Positions 19,467 through 28,913 of a stretch of 64,000 nucleotides of DNA are shown in pieces (within the stretch, counting starts at the first letter, position 1; every line of letters begins with the position of its first letter). A program made the translations under genes and the position numbers. The notes beneath the pieces are model-generated. The model had not been told where the DNA came from. It made no database searches and saw only the letters and a list, made by a program, of their open reading frames with translations. This DNA is from Candidatus Hydrogenedentota bacterium (lineage in GTDB: Bacteria > Hydrogenedentota > Hydrogenedentia > Hydrogenedentales > SLHB01). Where the stretch lies: assembly GCA_963668025.2 (NCBI GenBank), contig CAXXTH010000021.1, forward strand, positions 50,854 to 114,853, read 5' to 3'.

Positions 19467-20965
19467 TGGCGGCGGGAATCGAGAAGCCTGGATTGCCCCA
19501 AGAGCAAGCCACCGCGCTTCGCAAGACGATAGTGGTGATTGATACGGATCCGGGCGTTCGCTGGGCGCTTGAAAAAGGCCTGTCCCATTCTGGGTATATT
19601 GTCCGGGTGGTGAACAATGCGGGCGATGTTCTACGTTTGGCGCATGAAGAGGACGTGGCCGCCATAATAATGGAGTTTCTTCCCGAGGCGGGACTCGGCG
19701 GCGAGGTGCTGTCCAATCTAGTGCAGGCCCCTTGCGCCCCGAAAGTGATCTGTGTTTCCATCTATTCTGATCCGCGGACAGTAATCGATTGCGTACGGCT
19801 GGGGGCCACAGACTTTTTACCCAAGCCTTTTGGTTTAGCCGAATTGCGCGCGGTTTTGTCGCGCGTTTTAGCTTCAGAACACGAGCAGCGCAATATGCGC
19901 CGCCCGGACCGGTCCGTTCCGGATGAATCCAGCCCCTCGTTGCTGATTGGCGTGAGCCATGCCATGCAGGAATTGCGCACCACTATCCAGCATGTGGCCC
20001 GGACGGACCTCAACTGCCTTTTGCGCGGCGAAAGCGGAACGGGCAAAGATATGGTGGCCCGTGAAATTCACCGCCTTTCTATCCGGCGCGACAAACCGTT
20101 CATTAAAGTGAATTGCACGGCCCTTCCGGAACAGCTTCTCGAAAGTGAACTGTTTGGATATGAGAAAGGCGCCTTCACTGGCGCCCTCTCATCGAAACCA
20201 GGCCGCTTTGAATTGGCCAACCGGGGCATCATTTTCCTCGATGAAATCGGCGATATGCAGCCCAGCTTGCAAGCAAAACTCCTTCAGGTCATCGAACACA
20301 AAGAATTCACCAAACTCGGCGGGCGCAAGCACATCCATGTCGATGTGCAGATCATCGCCGCCACGAATGCGGATTTGGAAAAACACACCCGCACGGGCGA
20401 ATTCCGGGATGATTTGTATTTCCGGTTGAATGAAGTCTGTATTTGGGTTCCTTCTCTCGAAGAGCGAAAAGAAGACATTCCCCTTCTGGTCCGCCATTTT
20501 CTGCAAAAGCATGGGCGCTTCTCAGGGGATGCGGAATTCGAGATCACGGGTGAAGACATCGCCGCATTAACGGAACACGATTGGCCCGGCAATGTGCGTG
20601 AACTCGAAAGCACGATCAAGCGTTGGCTGGCGTTAGGCCAGAAGGTTCTTCCCGTCGCCAACCGTAGGACGGCTCCCCGCATGGACCTGGGCGTAGCGTC
20701 CGCCGGTCCCCGGCCATCCAGCCAATGGGCGCCTGCTCCGCCGCTCGCTCCATCTTCGCCAGAGCCTCCCACATTTACGGATGTTCAGCCGCGGACTGCT
20801 GGGAGCGAGCCTGTTTCCGAGTCTTCCGAAAGAGAACTGGAGCACATTCTGGAAGTGCTAAATCAATGCAAGTGGAATCGGCGCAAGGCGGCTGATATGC
20901 TAGGCATGAGCTACCAAACGCTGCGGCGCCGAATTGAACGTCATGGGCTGGATGGGTTGCGTTAA
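19463..20965 (+). CDS. Sigma54-dependent activator (atypical REC-AAA+-Fis HTH)
   Basis: GESGTGK, ESELFG, GAFTGA, FLDEIG, WPGNVREL, WNRRKAA HTH. Confidence 0.95.
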   Translation: MMAAGIEKPGLPQEQATALRKTIVVIDTDPGVRWALEKGLSHSGYIVRVVNNAGDVLRLAHEEDVAAIIMEFLPEAGLGGEVLSNLVQAPCAPKVICVSIYSDPRTVIDCVRLGATDFLPKPFGLAELRAVLSRVLASEHEQRNMRRPDRSVPDESSPSLLIGVSHAMQELRTTIQHVARTDLNCLLRGESGTGKDMVAREIHRLSIRRDKPFIKVNCTALPEQLLESELFGYEKGAFTGALSSKPGRFELANRGIIFLDEIGDMQPSLQAKLLQVIEHKEFTKLGGRKHIHVDVQIIAATNADLEKHTRTGEFRDDLYFRLNEVCIWVPSLEERKEDIPLLVRHFLQKHGRFSGDAEFEITGEDIAALTEHDWPGNVRELESTIKRWLALGQKVLPVANRRTAPRMDLGVASAGPRPSSQWAPAPPLAPSSPEPPTFTDVQPRTAGSEPVSESSERELEHILEVLNQCKWNRRKAADMLGMSYQTLRRRIERHGLDGLR

Positions 20966-21154
20966 GAAAAAAACATGCGCGAGGCGGCTGATAGGATTGG
21001 AGGAGCTATGATCAAAAGAATAGCAAATGAGAGCATTGTGTATTCATAATTGACAAACATCCGTAGAGTAAACAATGATCACTTGTATGGCGGATAAGTA
21101 GTGGATCGAATGCAAGGCCTTGTTTTATAAAGAGTTAAGAGGTATATTCTTTAT

Positions 21155-21170
21155 TGGCATGTAATGTGCT
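21155..21170 (+). promoter_or_regulatory. Sigma54 -24/-12 promoter
   Basis: TGGCATGTAATGTGCT has GG-N10-GC spacing; downstream of the activator gene and upstream of the PEP-CTERM gene. Confidence 0.7.
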
Positions 21171-21263
21171 GTTATTTTACTTGATAAAAAGGTCAGGTAA
21201 ATGCGCCAGTATCGGCCCACAGAGGTCACTTATCCGGGAAACCGGCTTGGAGGAGAGCGTACG

Positions 21264-22085
21264 ATGGGATGGAAAAAGGTATTGGGGGTTGCGCTCGTGG
21301 TGGCAGGTTTGAGCTTGCCCGCAGCCGCATATTATGTCGAGCCGCAAGATGTCACTCCATCGAGTGATTACCAGGAGTCGCCTCTTTACCAGATTTATAA
21401 CGAGCTGTATGGCACCAGCTACACCAGCAGCGCGGAACTTGCAGCCGCCACGCAAGAAAACTGGGAAGTATTTGATACAGCCGATTTGGGCGACTATGAC
21501 TCCATTACGCTGGAAGCGGTATGGCGCAATGCCTATATGCAAGAGAATGTAGGCATTTACACGACATCGAGCGATGGCACGGTCACGTATAGCAGCGAAT
21601 TGCTCCAAGTTGATGGCATTGATCCGTCAACGGCATACGCCAGTGCGGATCCGGCGGATCTGCGTGGCCTTGGCATTACGGCGACCATCGATCCGGATGG
21701 TACGTTTGGATTCTATGACGATCCGGCTTTGTCCGATGGGTCAACTCCTCCGTGGGGCACACTGCATTCGGAAGCGAGCTTAAATTATTTTGATGCCGAA
21801 GGCACCACGGATTCGCCTTATCCGCCATATAGCGGAACGCTGTCGGACTATCCGAACATGCTTTGGGAAACACATTTCTTGATTCTCGATACGCCCTATG
21901 ATGATACCTATTTGGTATGCATTGAAGACTTGCCGTATGGGCACGTATCGAGCCAAGCGGACTACAACGATTTCTTGTTCACGGTGACCATTAATCGTAC
22001 GGTAGTTCCTGAACCGGCATCTATGGCCCTGTTGGGATTGGGCATTGTGGGTTTGGTGGTGCGCCGAATCCGCAAGCGTGCGTGA
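21264..22085 (+). CDS. PEP-CTERM sorting-domain protein
   Basis: Signal peptide after GGAGG RBS; acidic body with IEDL...ADYND motif; C-terminal VPEPASMALLGLG-TM-RRIRKR. Confidence 0.93.
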   Translation: MGWKKVLGVALVVAGLSLPAAAYYVEPQDVTPSSDYQESPLYQIYNELYGTSYTSSAELAAATQENWEVFDTADLGDYDSITLEAVWRNAYMQENVGIYTTSSDGTVTYSSELLQVDGIDPSTAYASADPADLRGLGITATIDPDGTFGFYDDPALSDGSTPPWGTLHSEASLNYFDAEGTTDSPYPPYSGTLSDYPNMLWETHFLILDTPYDDTYLVCIEDLPYGHVSSQADYNDFLFTVTINRTVVPEPASMALLGLGIVGLVVRRIRKRA

Positions 22086-22120
22086 GCTTCTCCTCCAAAG
22101 AGCTTCACGGCTGAATGAGC

Positions 22121-22152
22121 TGCGGCCGCCTTGGGCGGCCGCAAGCGTTTTT
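22121..22152. terminator. Terminator hairpin between convergent genes
   Basis: TGCGGCCGCC-TTG-GGCGGCCGCA followed by a T-tract. Confidence 0.7.
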
Positions 22153-22159
22153 AGACGGT

Positions 22160-22897
22160 TTACACGGAAGGCTGGACGTTTTCCAGCGGCGGATGATTGC
22201 CCCGCACGATTTGCCGGACTCCACAAGGGGCTGCCCATTTCACGCCGTTGTAGATGACCTTCAAGATCGTTTCATCGTGATAAATGGGAAGCGTCTCATG
22301 GCCCGGCCGGAAGTAGAAGACCTTGCCCTGGCCCCGATGCCAGCAGCAGCCGCTTCGGAACACTTCACCCCCTTCGAACCAACTGATGAACACCAATTGA
22401 TCGGGCTGGGGGATATCAAAGTGTTCGCCATACATTTCCGTGTGGGGCAGCTCGAAGTATTCCGGCAGGCCGTCCGCGATGGGGTGCGCCGGATCCACGA
22501 CCCACAGGCGCTCTTTTTCTCCTATCTCACGCCATTTTAGATCGCAGCCGGTGCCCATGAGTTTCTTAAAAACCTTGGAGAAATGCCCGCTGTGGAGCAC
22601 GATGACGCCCATGCCCTGCATTATCCGCTGAAATACGCGCTCGACATGCTCGTCACTCACGAGATGGTGCGCCATATGGCCCCACCACGTCAGGACATCC
22701 GTATTGTTCAGGATGTCGTCGCTTAATCCTTGTTCCGCGTCATCCAGTTCTGATACATGGACCGACGCGATACCTTCCTGCTTTTCAAGAAACTGGGCGA
22801 TTTGGCGTCCCATGCCCTGGGGATATAGCGCTTTCGCTTTTTCGTTTGTTTTCTCGTGTACGCCTTCATTCCATATAGTTACTCGAATGCCGCTCAT
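22160..22897 (-). CDS. thuA: ThuA-like trehalose utilisation protein
   Basis: VTIWNE, WWGHMAH, LHSGH, EMYGE, FRPGHET. Confidence 0.9.
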   Translation of the reverse strand: MSGIRVTIWNEGVHEKTNEKAKALYPQGMGRQIAQFLEKQEGIASVHVSELDDAEQGLSDDILNNTDVLTWWGHMAHHLVSDEHVERVFQRIMQGMGVIVLHSGHFSKVFKKLMGTGCDLKWREIGEKERLWVVDPAHPIADGLPEYFELPHTEMYGEHFDIPQPDQLVFISWFEGGEVFRSGCCWHRGQGKVFYFRPGHETLPIYHDETILKVIYNGVKWAAPCGVRQIVRGNHPPLENVQPSV

Positions 22898-22943
22898 GTT
22901 TGGCCCTTTCTGTTCTGATGGATTTATTGATAAGGGATATGTT

Positions 22944-23792
22944 TCATTTTCCGTTCACCGCTTTTTTCAACCATTGCAGCGCTCCTGGCGCATTTTGCCA
23001 GCCCGAAAGGCCCTTTTCCACATAAAGAATGGCTTCGTCTTCGCCAGAAGGAGCATAGCGAAATGGGAGTTCTGCTGGCATTGGCTTATGCCCGGCCAGC
23101 AGCGGAGGTATGTAAGGGTTATAATCTAGCGCCAAATGGAGTGATTGAAGAGCGGTTTCTCCCTCAGGAGCTTTAACAAAGTCCAGCAGCGCCCTCGAGT
23201 AGAACCACCAGGCGGAATGATCTCGTTTGTATTTTTTGTATACTTCCTCAGCGTCTTTATACCGTTTTAAATCGAGCAGATAGGGGAGCAGGATGTAACG
23301 AATGCCCATATTGTCTCCCGTGCATAGTCGCAAGATATCGTGATAACTAGCGATGGCCTGTTCATGCATGCCCAATTCCACATAACACTCAGCCATGCCT
23401 GCATATGCGCGCATGAAGGGCCGTGTCTCAAAGATCTCCCAAAAGTGGCCCGCCCCATTTTCGAAAATATCATTGCCTAGCGCAATTCTCGCTACAAGAT
23501 AGCCACGTGTAAAATAATCAAGAGCATCTTCCGCGTATTTGGCTTCAAATTGGGCTAGGATGCCAAACGCATCGGCACAAAACGGATAGATCTCCAAGGC
23601 TTGTTTAGCCAAGGAAACACGTTTCCGTTTGCTGGATGTTTCATATGCTTCCTGAATGAGCAGTTCCGCTAGAAATTCAGGCGTATCATCGAAAGAATCG
23701 CATTCACTCGAGTCTTCTCTGTTGGGAAAGGGGAGTATCGTATGCCCATTTTTCGCATCGGTATCGGTTGGTGTCTTTTTCTTTTTCGCCAT
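22944..23792 (-). CDS. TPR-like helical protein (ST7-like)
   Basis: ETRPFMRA, GDNMGIRY, NPYIP, GEDEA motifs. Confidence 0.7.
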   Translation of the reverse strand: MAKKKKTPTDTDAKNGHTILPFPNREDSSECDSFDDTPEFLAELLIQEAYETSSKRKRVSLAKQALEIYPFCADAFGILAQFEAKYAEDALDYFTRGYLVARIALGNDIFENGAGHFWEIFETRPFMRAYAGMAECYVELGMHEQAIASYHDILRLCTGDNMGIRYILLPYLLDLKRYKDAEEVYKKYKRDHSAWWFYSRALLDFVKAPEGETALQSLHLALDYNPYIPPLLAGHKPMPAELPFRYAPSGEDEAILYVEKGLSGWQNAPGALQWLKKAVNGK

Positions 23793-23932
23793 GCTTGCAT
23801 CTCCCTTATCGTGTTTTTAAGAGCAAGGTCTTTGGTGTTCTTGCTTCTATGTTTATTCCCCGCTATGCTGCTACTCAAGATACCATACCATCTTGATGAG
23901 AGGGAAAAACATCCTGAAGAAAGGGGATTAAG

Positions 23933-25912
23933 ATGTTCATGCGATCGCAGGGAATCATAGCAGCTTGCTGTATTTTGATGATCTTAACTGGCTGCGCCAC
24001 GCGGCGCGCGGCGGAACAGCCGAAGGCAATGGAGGTAAAAATGCCGGAACCCGTACGTTCAGAATGGGTGTTGTTGCCCGAACCGAAACAGTTGGAATTC
24101 ACCGGCGGATGGCTGGCCGTCAAGCCCAGCCAGACTGCGGTGGAAGCGGACGCCACGAAACGGTTGATCGCCGATGCCCTCGTCCTCGTGTCGGGCTCGG
24201 CCAGGACGGATGCCGTTATCTTCGGGGTGCCCATGCAAGATGCCTTTAAGGTGGACCCTGCGGCTGTACCGCAGCCGGAAGGCTATACGCTAGACATCAG
24301 CGCGAAAAGCATTGCCATCACGGCCCATGATGAAGCGGGGGCATTTCATGCCGCCCAGACGCTTACCCAGCTTGCCCGGCAGGCCGCGGGCAAAAAGTAT
24401 CTGCCTTGCCTGCGCATCAGCGATTGGCCCGATTTTCCCCATCGCGGCGTTATGCTCGATATCGCGCGCGACAAAGTGCCCGAGATGGACACCTTGTATG
24501 CCTTCGTGGACCAGATGGCCGAATGGAAGCTGAATGAGCTTCAGCTCTACACCGAGCATACCTTTGCATATAAGGGACATCATGTGGTGTGGGAAAACGC
24601 CTCGCCCATGACGCCCCAGCAGATCCATGCGTTGGATGTCTATTGCCGCGAGCATTTTATCGAGCTAGTGCCGAACCAAAACTCTTTTGGCCATATGGGG
24701 CGCTGGCTTTCCCATCCGGAATATGCGTATTTAGGTGAAATGACGGATGGCGGCGATGACCTGTGCCCCGTGGAGCCGCGCTGCATTACATTTTTGAACG
24801 AACTATATGATCAGTTGCTGCCCTGTTTTTCGAGTGGACAGGTCAATGTGGGTTGCGACGAGACGTGGAGCCTGGGCAAGGGCCGCAGCGCCACCGCCGT
24901 GAATGAAAAAGGCGAAGGCCGGGTGTATCTCGATTTTCTGCTCCAGATCCACCAGTTGGTGTCCGCTCACGGAAAGCGTATGCAGTTCTGGGGAGATATC
25001 ATCAACAAGCATCCGGAGCTGATCCCGGAATTGCCCAAAGACATGATCGCCATCGAGTGGGGGTATGACGCGGATCATCCGTTCGAACGCAATTGTGCGC
25101 GTTACGCCGCGGCGGGCGTGCCATTTTATGTTGCGCCGGGCACATCGAGCTGGTGCTCGCTGTTGGGCCGGACCGAGAATTCTCTTGAGAACTTGCGCAA
25201 TGCCGCAATCAATGGAAAAGCCAATGGGGCTATCGGCTACTTAATCACGGATTGGGGCGATCTGGGACATTGGCAGTTCCTGCCGGTGTCGTATGGCCCC
25301 ATGGCGTACGGCGCGGCGGCGTGCTGGGCGTATGACGCGAATCAGGATCTAGACTTGGCGCACGCGCTGGATGTCCATGTCTTCCGGGATCAAGCGGGCG
25401 TCATGGGCAAGCTCGCTCTCGATCTCGGGAATGGGTACAAAAAAACAGGCGTCGAGATAGGTAATAATACTGTTTTGCATGCGTTGATCAGCCGGTTCGC
25501 CGAAAAGCCTATTAGCGATTCCTGGATTAAGAAAACGACTGTGGCGGGTCTCGAACAAGCGGATGAGGCGTTAGCGCAATTGATCGCGCAATTGCAGGAT
25601 GCGCGGATGGACCGGCCGGACGCGGCGTTGATCGTGGATGAATTTCGTTGCGACGCGGCATTGGCGCGATTCGCATGCCATTTCGGGATTGCGCGGCTAA
25701 ATGCGGGCGATGTGGGGGCGTCTGGGCTTCCCCTCGAGGCGCGCCGGCCGTTAGCGGATGAATTGGCCGTTATTTTGCCCGAATACCGGCAGTTGTGGAT
25801 GGCGCGCAACCGTTCTGGCGGGCTTAAAGACAGCACCGCCGCACTTGATGCGCTATTGGTCACGCTGCGCCAAGCGCCCCCGGCAGCCGAAGCCGCTCAA
25901 CCAGCAAGCTAA
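23933..25912 (+). CDS. GH20 beta-N-acetylhexosaminidase-like lipoprotein
   Basis: Lipobox LTGC, DWPDFPHRGVMLD, SFGH, VGCDET, ITDWGD. Confidence 0.9.
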   Translation: MFMRSQGIIAACCILMILTGCATRRAAEQPKAMEVKMPEPVRSEWVLLPEPKQLEFTGGWLAVKPSQTAVEADATKRLIADALVLVSGSARTDAVIFGVPMQDAFKVDPAAVPQPEGYTLDISAKSIAITAHDEAGAFHAAQTLTQLARQAAGKKYLPCLRISDWPDFPHRGVMLDIARDKVPEMDTLYAFVDQMAEWKLNELQLYTEHTFAYKGHHVVWENASPMTPQQIHALDVYCREHFIELVPNQNSFGHMGRWLSHPEYAYLGEMTDGGDDLCPVEPRCITFLNELYDQLLPCFSSGQVNVGCDETWSLGKGRSATAVNEKGEGRVYLDFLLQIHQLVSAHGKRMQFWGDIINKHPELIPELPKDMIAIEWGYDADHPFERNCARYAAAGVPFYVAPGTSSWCSLLGRTENSLENLRNAAINGKANGAIGYLITDWGDLGHWQFLPVSYGPMAYGAAACWAYDANQDLDLAHALDVHVFRDQAGVMGKLALDLGNGYKKTGVEIGNNTVLHALISRFAEKPISDSWIKKTTVAGLEQADEALAQLIAQLQDARMDRPDAALIVDEFRCDAALARFACHFGIARLNAGDVGASGLPLEARRPLADELAVILPEYRQLWMARNRSGGLKDSTAALDALLVTLRQAPPAAEAAQPAS

Positions 25913-26001
25913 TCCCACACAACGAATGCGCCATTGTGGTGCGTGAAAAGGTGAGGTACAGTATAGGCGAGTCTGGTGCGGCTCGATGAAAGGCTTAGGC
26001 C

Positions 26002-26727
26002 ATGCTGCTCCAAGATCTGGCGGCGCGGATCCGCGCCCAGCGCGAAAAGCGCGGGCTGAAACAGCAGGATATCGCTAACGCGTTGAACATCAGCCCGCAA
26101 GCGGTGTCGAAGTGGGAGCGCGGTGAAAATGCGCCCGACATCGCCATCCTTGCGCCGCTGGCGCAATTGCTGGGCGTGTCGGTGGATTGGCTGTTGTCGG
26201 CGCGGGAGGCTGGGATGGATGTCTTCGAGGCCACCGTGTTCGCATCGAGCGTGATGGGTGCCTATAAGCGTTCGCTCGAAATGGCGCCCTATGACTTTGC
26301 CGCGTGGGTGAATGGTTTTTTCTATACGCTAACGGAGGCGGTGTTGCGGGCGGGCGGCGTGCCCATCAAGTATGTGGGCGACGGTTTCTTGTGTTTCTTC
26401 GCAGGCGCGGGCCATGCGGACCGGGCCGTGCAAGCCGCGAAGCGGGCGAGGGCGCTGGTCTCGGAGGATCTCCGGGCCGGGCTTAGCGCGGGGCCGGTTT
26501 ATCTGGGGTCCGTGGGCCATCCCGATTACGCCCGGCCGGACATCATGGGAGAAGTGGTGAACATCGCTTTTCTCACGATGGGCTGGGCCGAGGCGCACGG
26601 GAAGAGTGGTGTTGCCGCCACGGAGGCGGTGTTGAATGCGCTCGATGCGCCCGTGGGAACGGGTGAAGCAGAGGAAGTGAATTTTAAAGGCATCGCCAAG
26701 CCCGTGCGGGTGGTGGAGATAGTATAA
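26002..26727 (+). CDS. XRE-HTH fused to a class III adenylate/guanylate cyclase-like domain
   Basis: ISPQAVSKWERGENAPD HTH; IKYVGDG, DIMGEVVN, FKG cyclase motifs. Confidence 0.88.
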   Translation: MLLQDLAARIRAQREKRGLKQQDIANALNISPQAVSKWERGENAPDIAILAPLAQLLGVSVDWLLSAREAGMDVFEATVFASSVMGAYKRSLEMAPYDFAAWVNGFFYTLTEAVLRAGGVPIKYVGDGFLCFFAGAGHADRAVQAAKRARALVSEDLRAGLSAGPVYLGSVGHPDYARPDIMGEVVNIAFLTMGWAEAHGKSGVAATEAVLNALDAPVGTGEAEEVNFKGIAKPVRVVEIV

Positions 26728-26730
26728 ATT

Positions 26731-26894
26731 CACCACAGAGGCCACAGAGGGCCACAGAGAAAGCGTATGTATGATCTTGAGTGATACGTTTACATGAACA
26801 TGATGTGTTATTGAGTATACGAACTATTTTGCGTATGAAGAATTTGTTTCTGGGTTTTAGTAATTCTCTGTGTATCTCTGCGGTCTCTGTGGTT
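26731..26894. repeat. Inverted triple-unit element (CACAGAG) upstream of GxxExxY
   Basis: CACCACAGAGGCCACAGAGGGCCACAGAGA ... TCTCTGTGTATCTCTGCGGTCTCTGTGGTT. Confidence 0.85.
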
Positions 26895-26918
26895 CAACAA
26901 TATGGAGCAACTGATTTT

Positions 26919-27293
26919 ATGCATGTGAATGAGATTTCCGGCCAGATTGTGGATGCCGCTATTCATATGCACCAGACGCTTGGGCCTGGACTGCTTGAAA
27001 AAACTTACCAGGCATGCTTGGCGCATGAATTGCGTAAACGTAGCCTGCATGTTGAGACAGAAAAAGAAGCGCCTTTAGTTTATGATGGCCAGCACGTCGA
27101 TGTGGGATTCAGGATCGATATGCTGGTTGCTGATGAAGTGATCGTAGAATTGAAATCTGTTGAGCATGTCTTGCCGATCCATGAGGCTCAAATACTCACG
27201 TACTTGAAACTCATGAAAAAACGGATTGGTTTGTTATTAAACTTCAATGAACTCCGAATGAAAGATGGCATTCATCGGTTTATTAACGGTTAG
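26919..27293 (+). CDS. GxxExxY protein (PD-(D/E)XK-like)
   Basis: LGPGLLEKTY, RIDMLV, IVELKS, HEAQILTYL, GLLLNF. Confidence 0.93.
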   Translation: MHVNEISGQIVDAAIHMHQTLGPGLLEKTYQACLAHELRKRSLHVETEKEAPLVYDGQHVDVGFRIDMLVADEVIVELKSVEHVLPIHEAQILTYLKLMKKRIGLLLNFNELRMKDGIHRFING

Positions 27294-27299
27294 TTTTTC

Positions 27300-27375
27300 C
27301 ACCACAGAGGCCACGGAGATGCACAGAGACGATATACAATTCGATTTCTCTGTGTCCCTTGTGGTCTCTGTGGTG
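27300..27375. repeat. Inverted triple-unit element (CACAGAG) downstream of GxxExxY
   Basis: CACCACAGAGGCCACGGAGATGCACAGAGA ... TCTCTGTGTCCCTTGTGGTCTCTGTGGTG. Confidence 0.85.
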
Positions 27376-27412
27376 AACAAAATCAAACAAACCATAACAG
27401 GAGAATATACTT

Positions 27413-28855
27413 ATGGCGACAGTTACAGAAAAACAATTGGCTTACAAGGTGGCGGACATGGGCCTTGCCGCTTGGGGCCGCAAAGAGATCGACATGGCCG
27501 AGAAGGAAATGCCCGGCCTGATGGTGATCCGCGAACGCTATGCGCCGAAACAGCCTCTCAAGGGCGTGCGCGTGTCGGGTTCACTCCACATGACCATCCA
27601 GACGGCCGTGCTCATCGAGACGCTCAAGGCGTTGGGCGCGGATGTGCGCTGGGCGAGCTGCAATATCTACTCGACCCAGGACCATGCCGCCGCCGCCATC
27701 GCGGAGGCGGGCATTCCAGTTTTCGCGTGGAAAGGCGAGACGCTCGAGGATTACTGGTGGTGTACACTTCAGGCCCTGACGTGGCCCGACGGCAAAGGCC
27801 CGCAGCTTATCGTGGACGACGGCGGCGACGCGACGCTGCTCATCCACCGGGGCTTCGACTTCGAGGAGCATTTCTCGGCGAAAGGCGTGCTGCCAGCGGT
27901 CTCCACGGAAAACAAGGAGATCACCATCATCGACACGCTGTTGCACGAGGTACACGGCGAGACGCCCGCGAAATGGCATGAGTACATGAAGGACTGGGTG
28001 GGCGTGTCGGAAGAGACCACGACGGGCGTACACCGGCTGTACCATTGGATGAAGGAAGGCAAGCTCCGCACGCGCGCCATCAACGTGAACGATTCGGTGA
28101 CGAAGTCGAAGTTCGACAACATTTACGGCTGCCGCGAATCGCTGGCCGATGGCATCAAGCGTGCGACGGACGTGATGATGGCGGGCAAAGTCGTGGTCGT
28201 GGCGGGTTATGGCGATGTGGGCAAAGGCTGCGCGCAAGCCATGAAAGGCCTCGGCTCACGCGTGCTCATCACTGAAATCGACCCCATCTGCGCCCTTCAG
28301 GCATGCATGGAAGGATACGAGGTGGTCACTATGGAAGCGGCCGCGTCCGTGGGCGATATTTTCGTGACCACGACGGGCTGCTGTGATGTGATTCGCGGCG
28401 AGCATTTCGTCAAGATGAAGGACGAGGCGATTGTCTGCAACATCGGCCACTTCGACTCGGAAGTGGACATCAACTGGCTCGAAACGAATCCCGATGTCGA
28501 GGAGATGAACATCAAGCCGCAAGTGGACAAGTTCATCTTCAAGTCCACGGGCAGGAGCATCATCATGCTGGCGCGTGGCCGCCTGGTGAACCTCGGCTGC
28601 GCCACGGGCCACCCGTCGTTTGTCATGTCCAACTCGTTCTCGAACCAGACACTCGCCGCCATCTCGCTCTGGACCGAGACAAGCAAATACGAGATCGGCA
28701 AGGTGTATACGCTGCCGAAGATTTTGGATGAGGAAGTGGCGCGGTTGCACCTCGGCAAGCTGGGCGCTAAGCTCGAATGCTTATCCGATGCCCAGTCGAA
28801 GTATTTGGGCGTGCCTGTTGATGGGCCGTATAAACCGGATCACTACCGCTACTAA
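27413..28855 (+). CDS. ahcY: Adenosylhomocysteinase
   Basis: [48 protein letters not shown]. Confidence 0.98.
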   Translation: MATVTEKQLAYKVADMGLAAWGRKEIDMAEKEMPGLMVIRERYAPKQPLKGVRVSGSLHMTIQTAVLIETLKALGADVRWASCNIYSTQDHAAAAIAEAGIPVFAWKGETLEDYWWCTLQALTWPDGKGPQLIVDDGGDATLLIHRGFDFEEHFSAKGVLPAVSTENKEITIIDTLLHEVHGETPAKWHEYMKDWVGVSEETTTGVHRLYHWMKEGKLRTRAINVNDSVTKSKFDNIYGCRESLADGIKRATDVMMAGKVVVVAGYGDVGKGCAQAMKGLGSRVLITEIDPICALQACMEGYEVVTMEAAASVGDIFVTTTGCCDVIRGEHFVKMKDEAIVCNIGHFDSEVDINWLETNPDVEEMNIKPQVDKFIFKSTGRSIIMLARGRLVNLGCATGHPSFVMSNSFSNQTLAAISLWTETSKYEIGKVYTLPKILDEEVARLHLGKLGAKLECLSDAQSKYLGVPVDGPYKPDHYRY

Positions 28856-28869
28856 GGCATTAGACATGG

Positions 28870-28905
28870 CGGGAGCCTCTTCTTACTTTTAAGAAGAAGC
28901 TCCCG
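28870..28905. terminator. Hairpin between convergent ahcY and purD
   Basis: CGGGAGCCTCTTCTTA...TAAGAAGAAGCTCCCG. Confidence 0.7.
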
Positions 28906-28913
28906 TACGTTGA

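Noticed and set aside
26731-27375. CRISPR-like array
   Set aside because: The repeats are inverted and degenerate, with no regular repeat-spacer period and no cas genes.
25913-27412. SAH/SAM riboswitch upstream of ahcY
   Set aside because: I could not find the consensus elements by eye; cmscan is needed.
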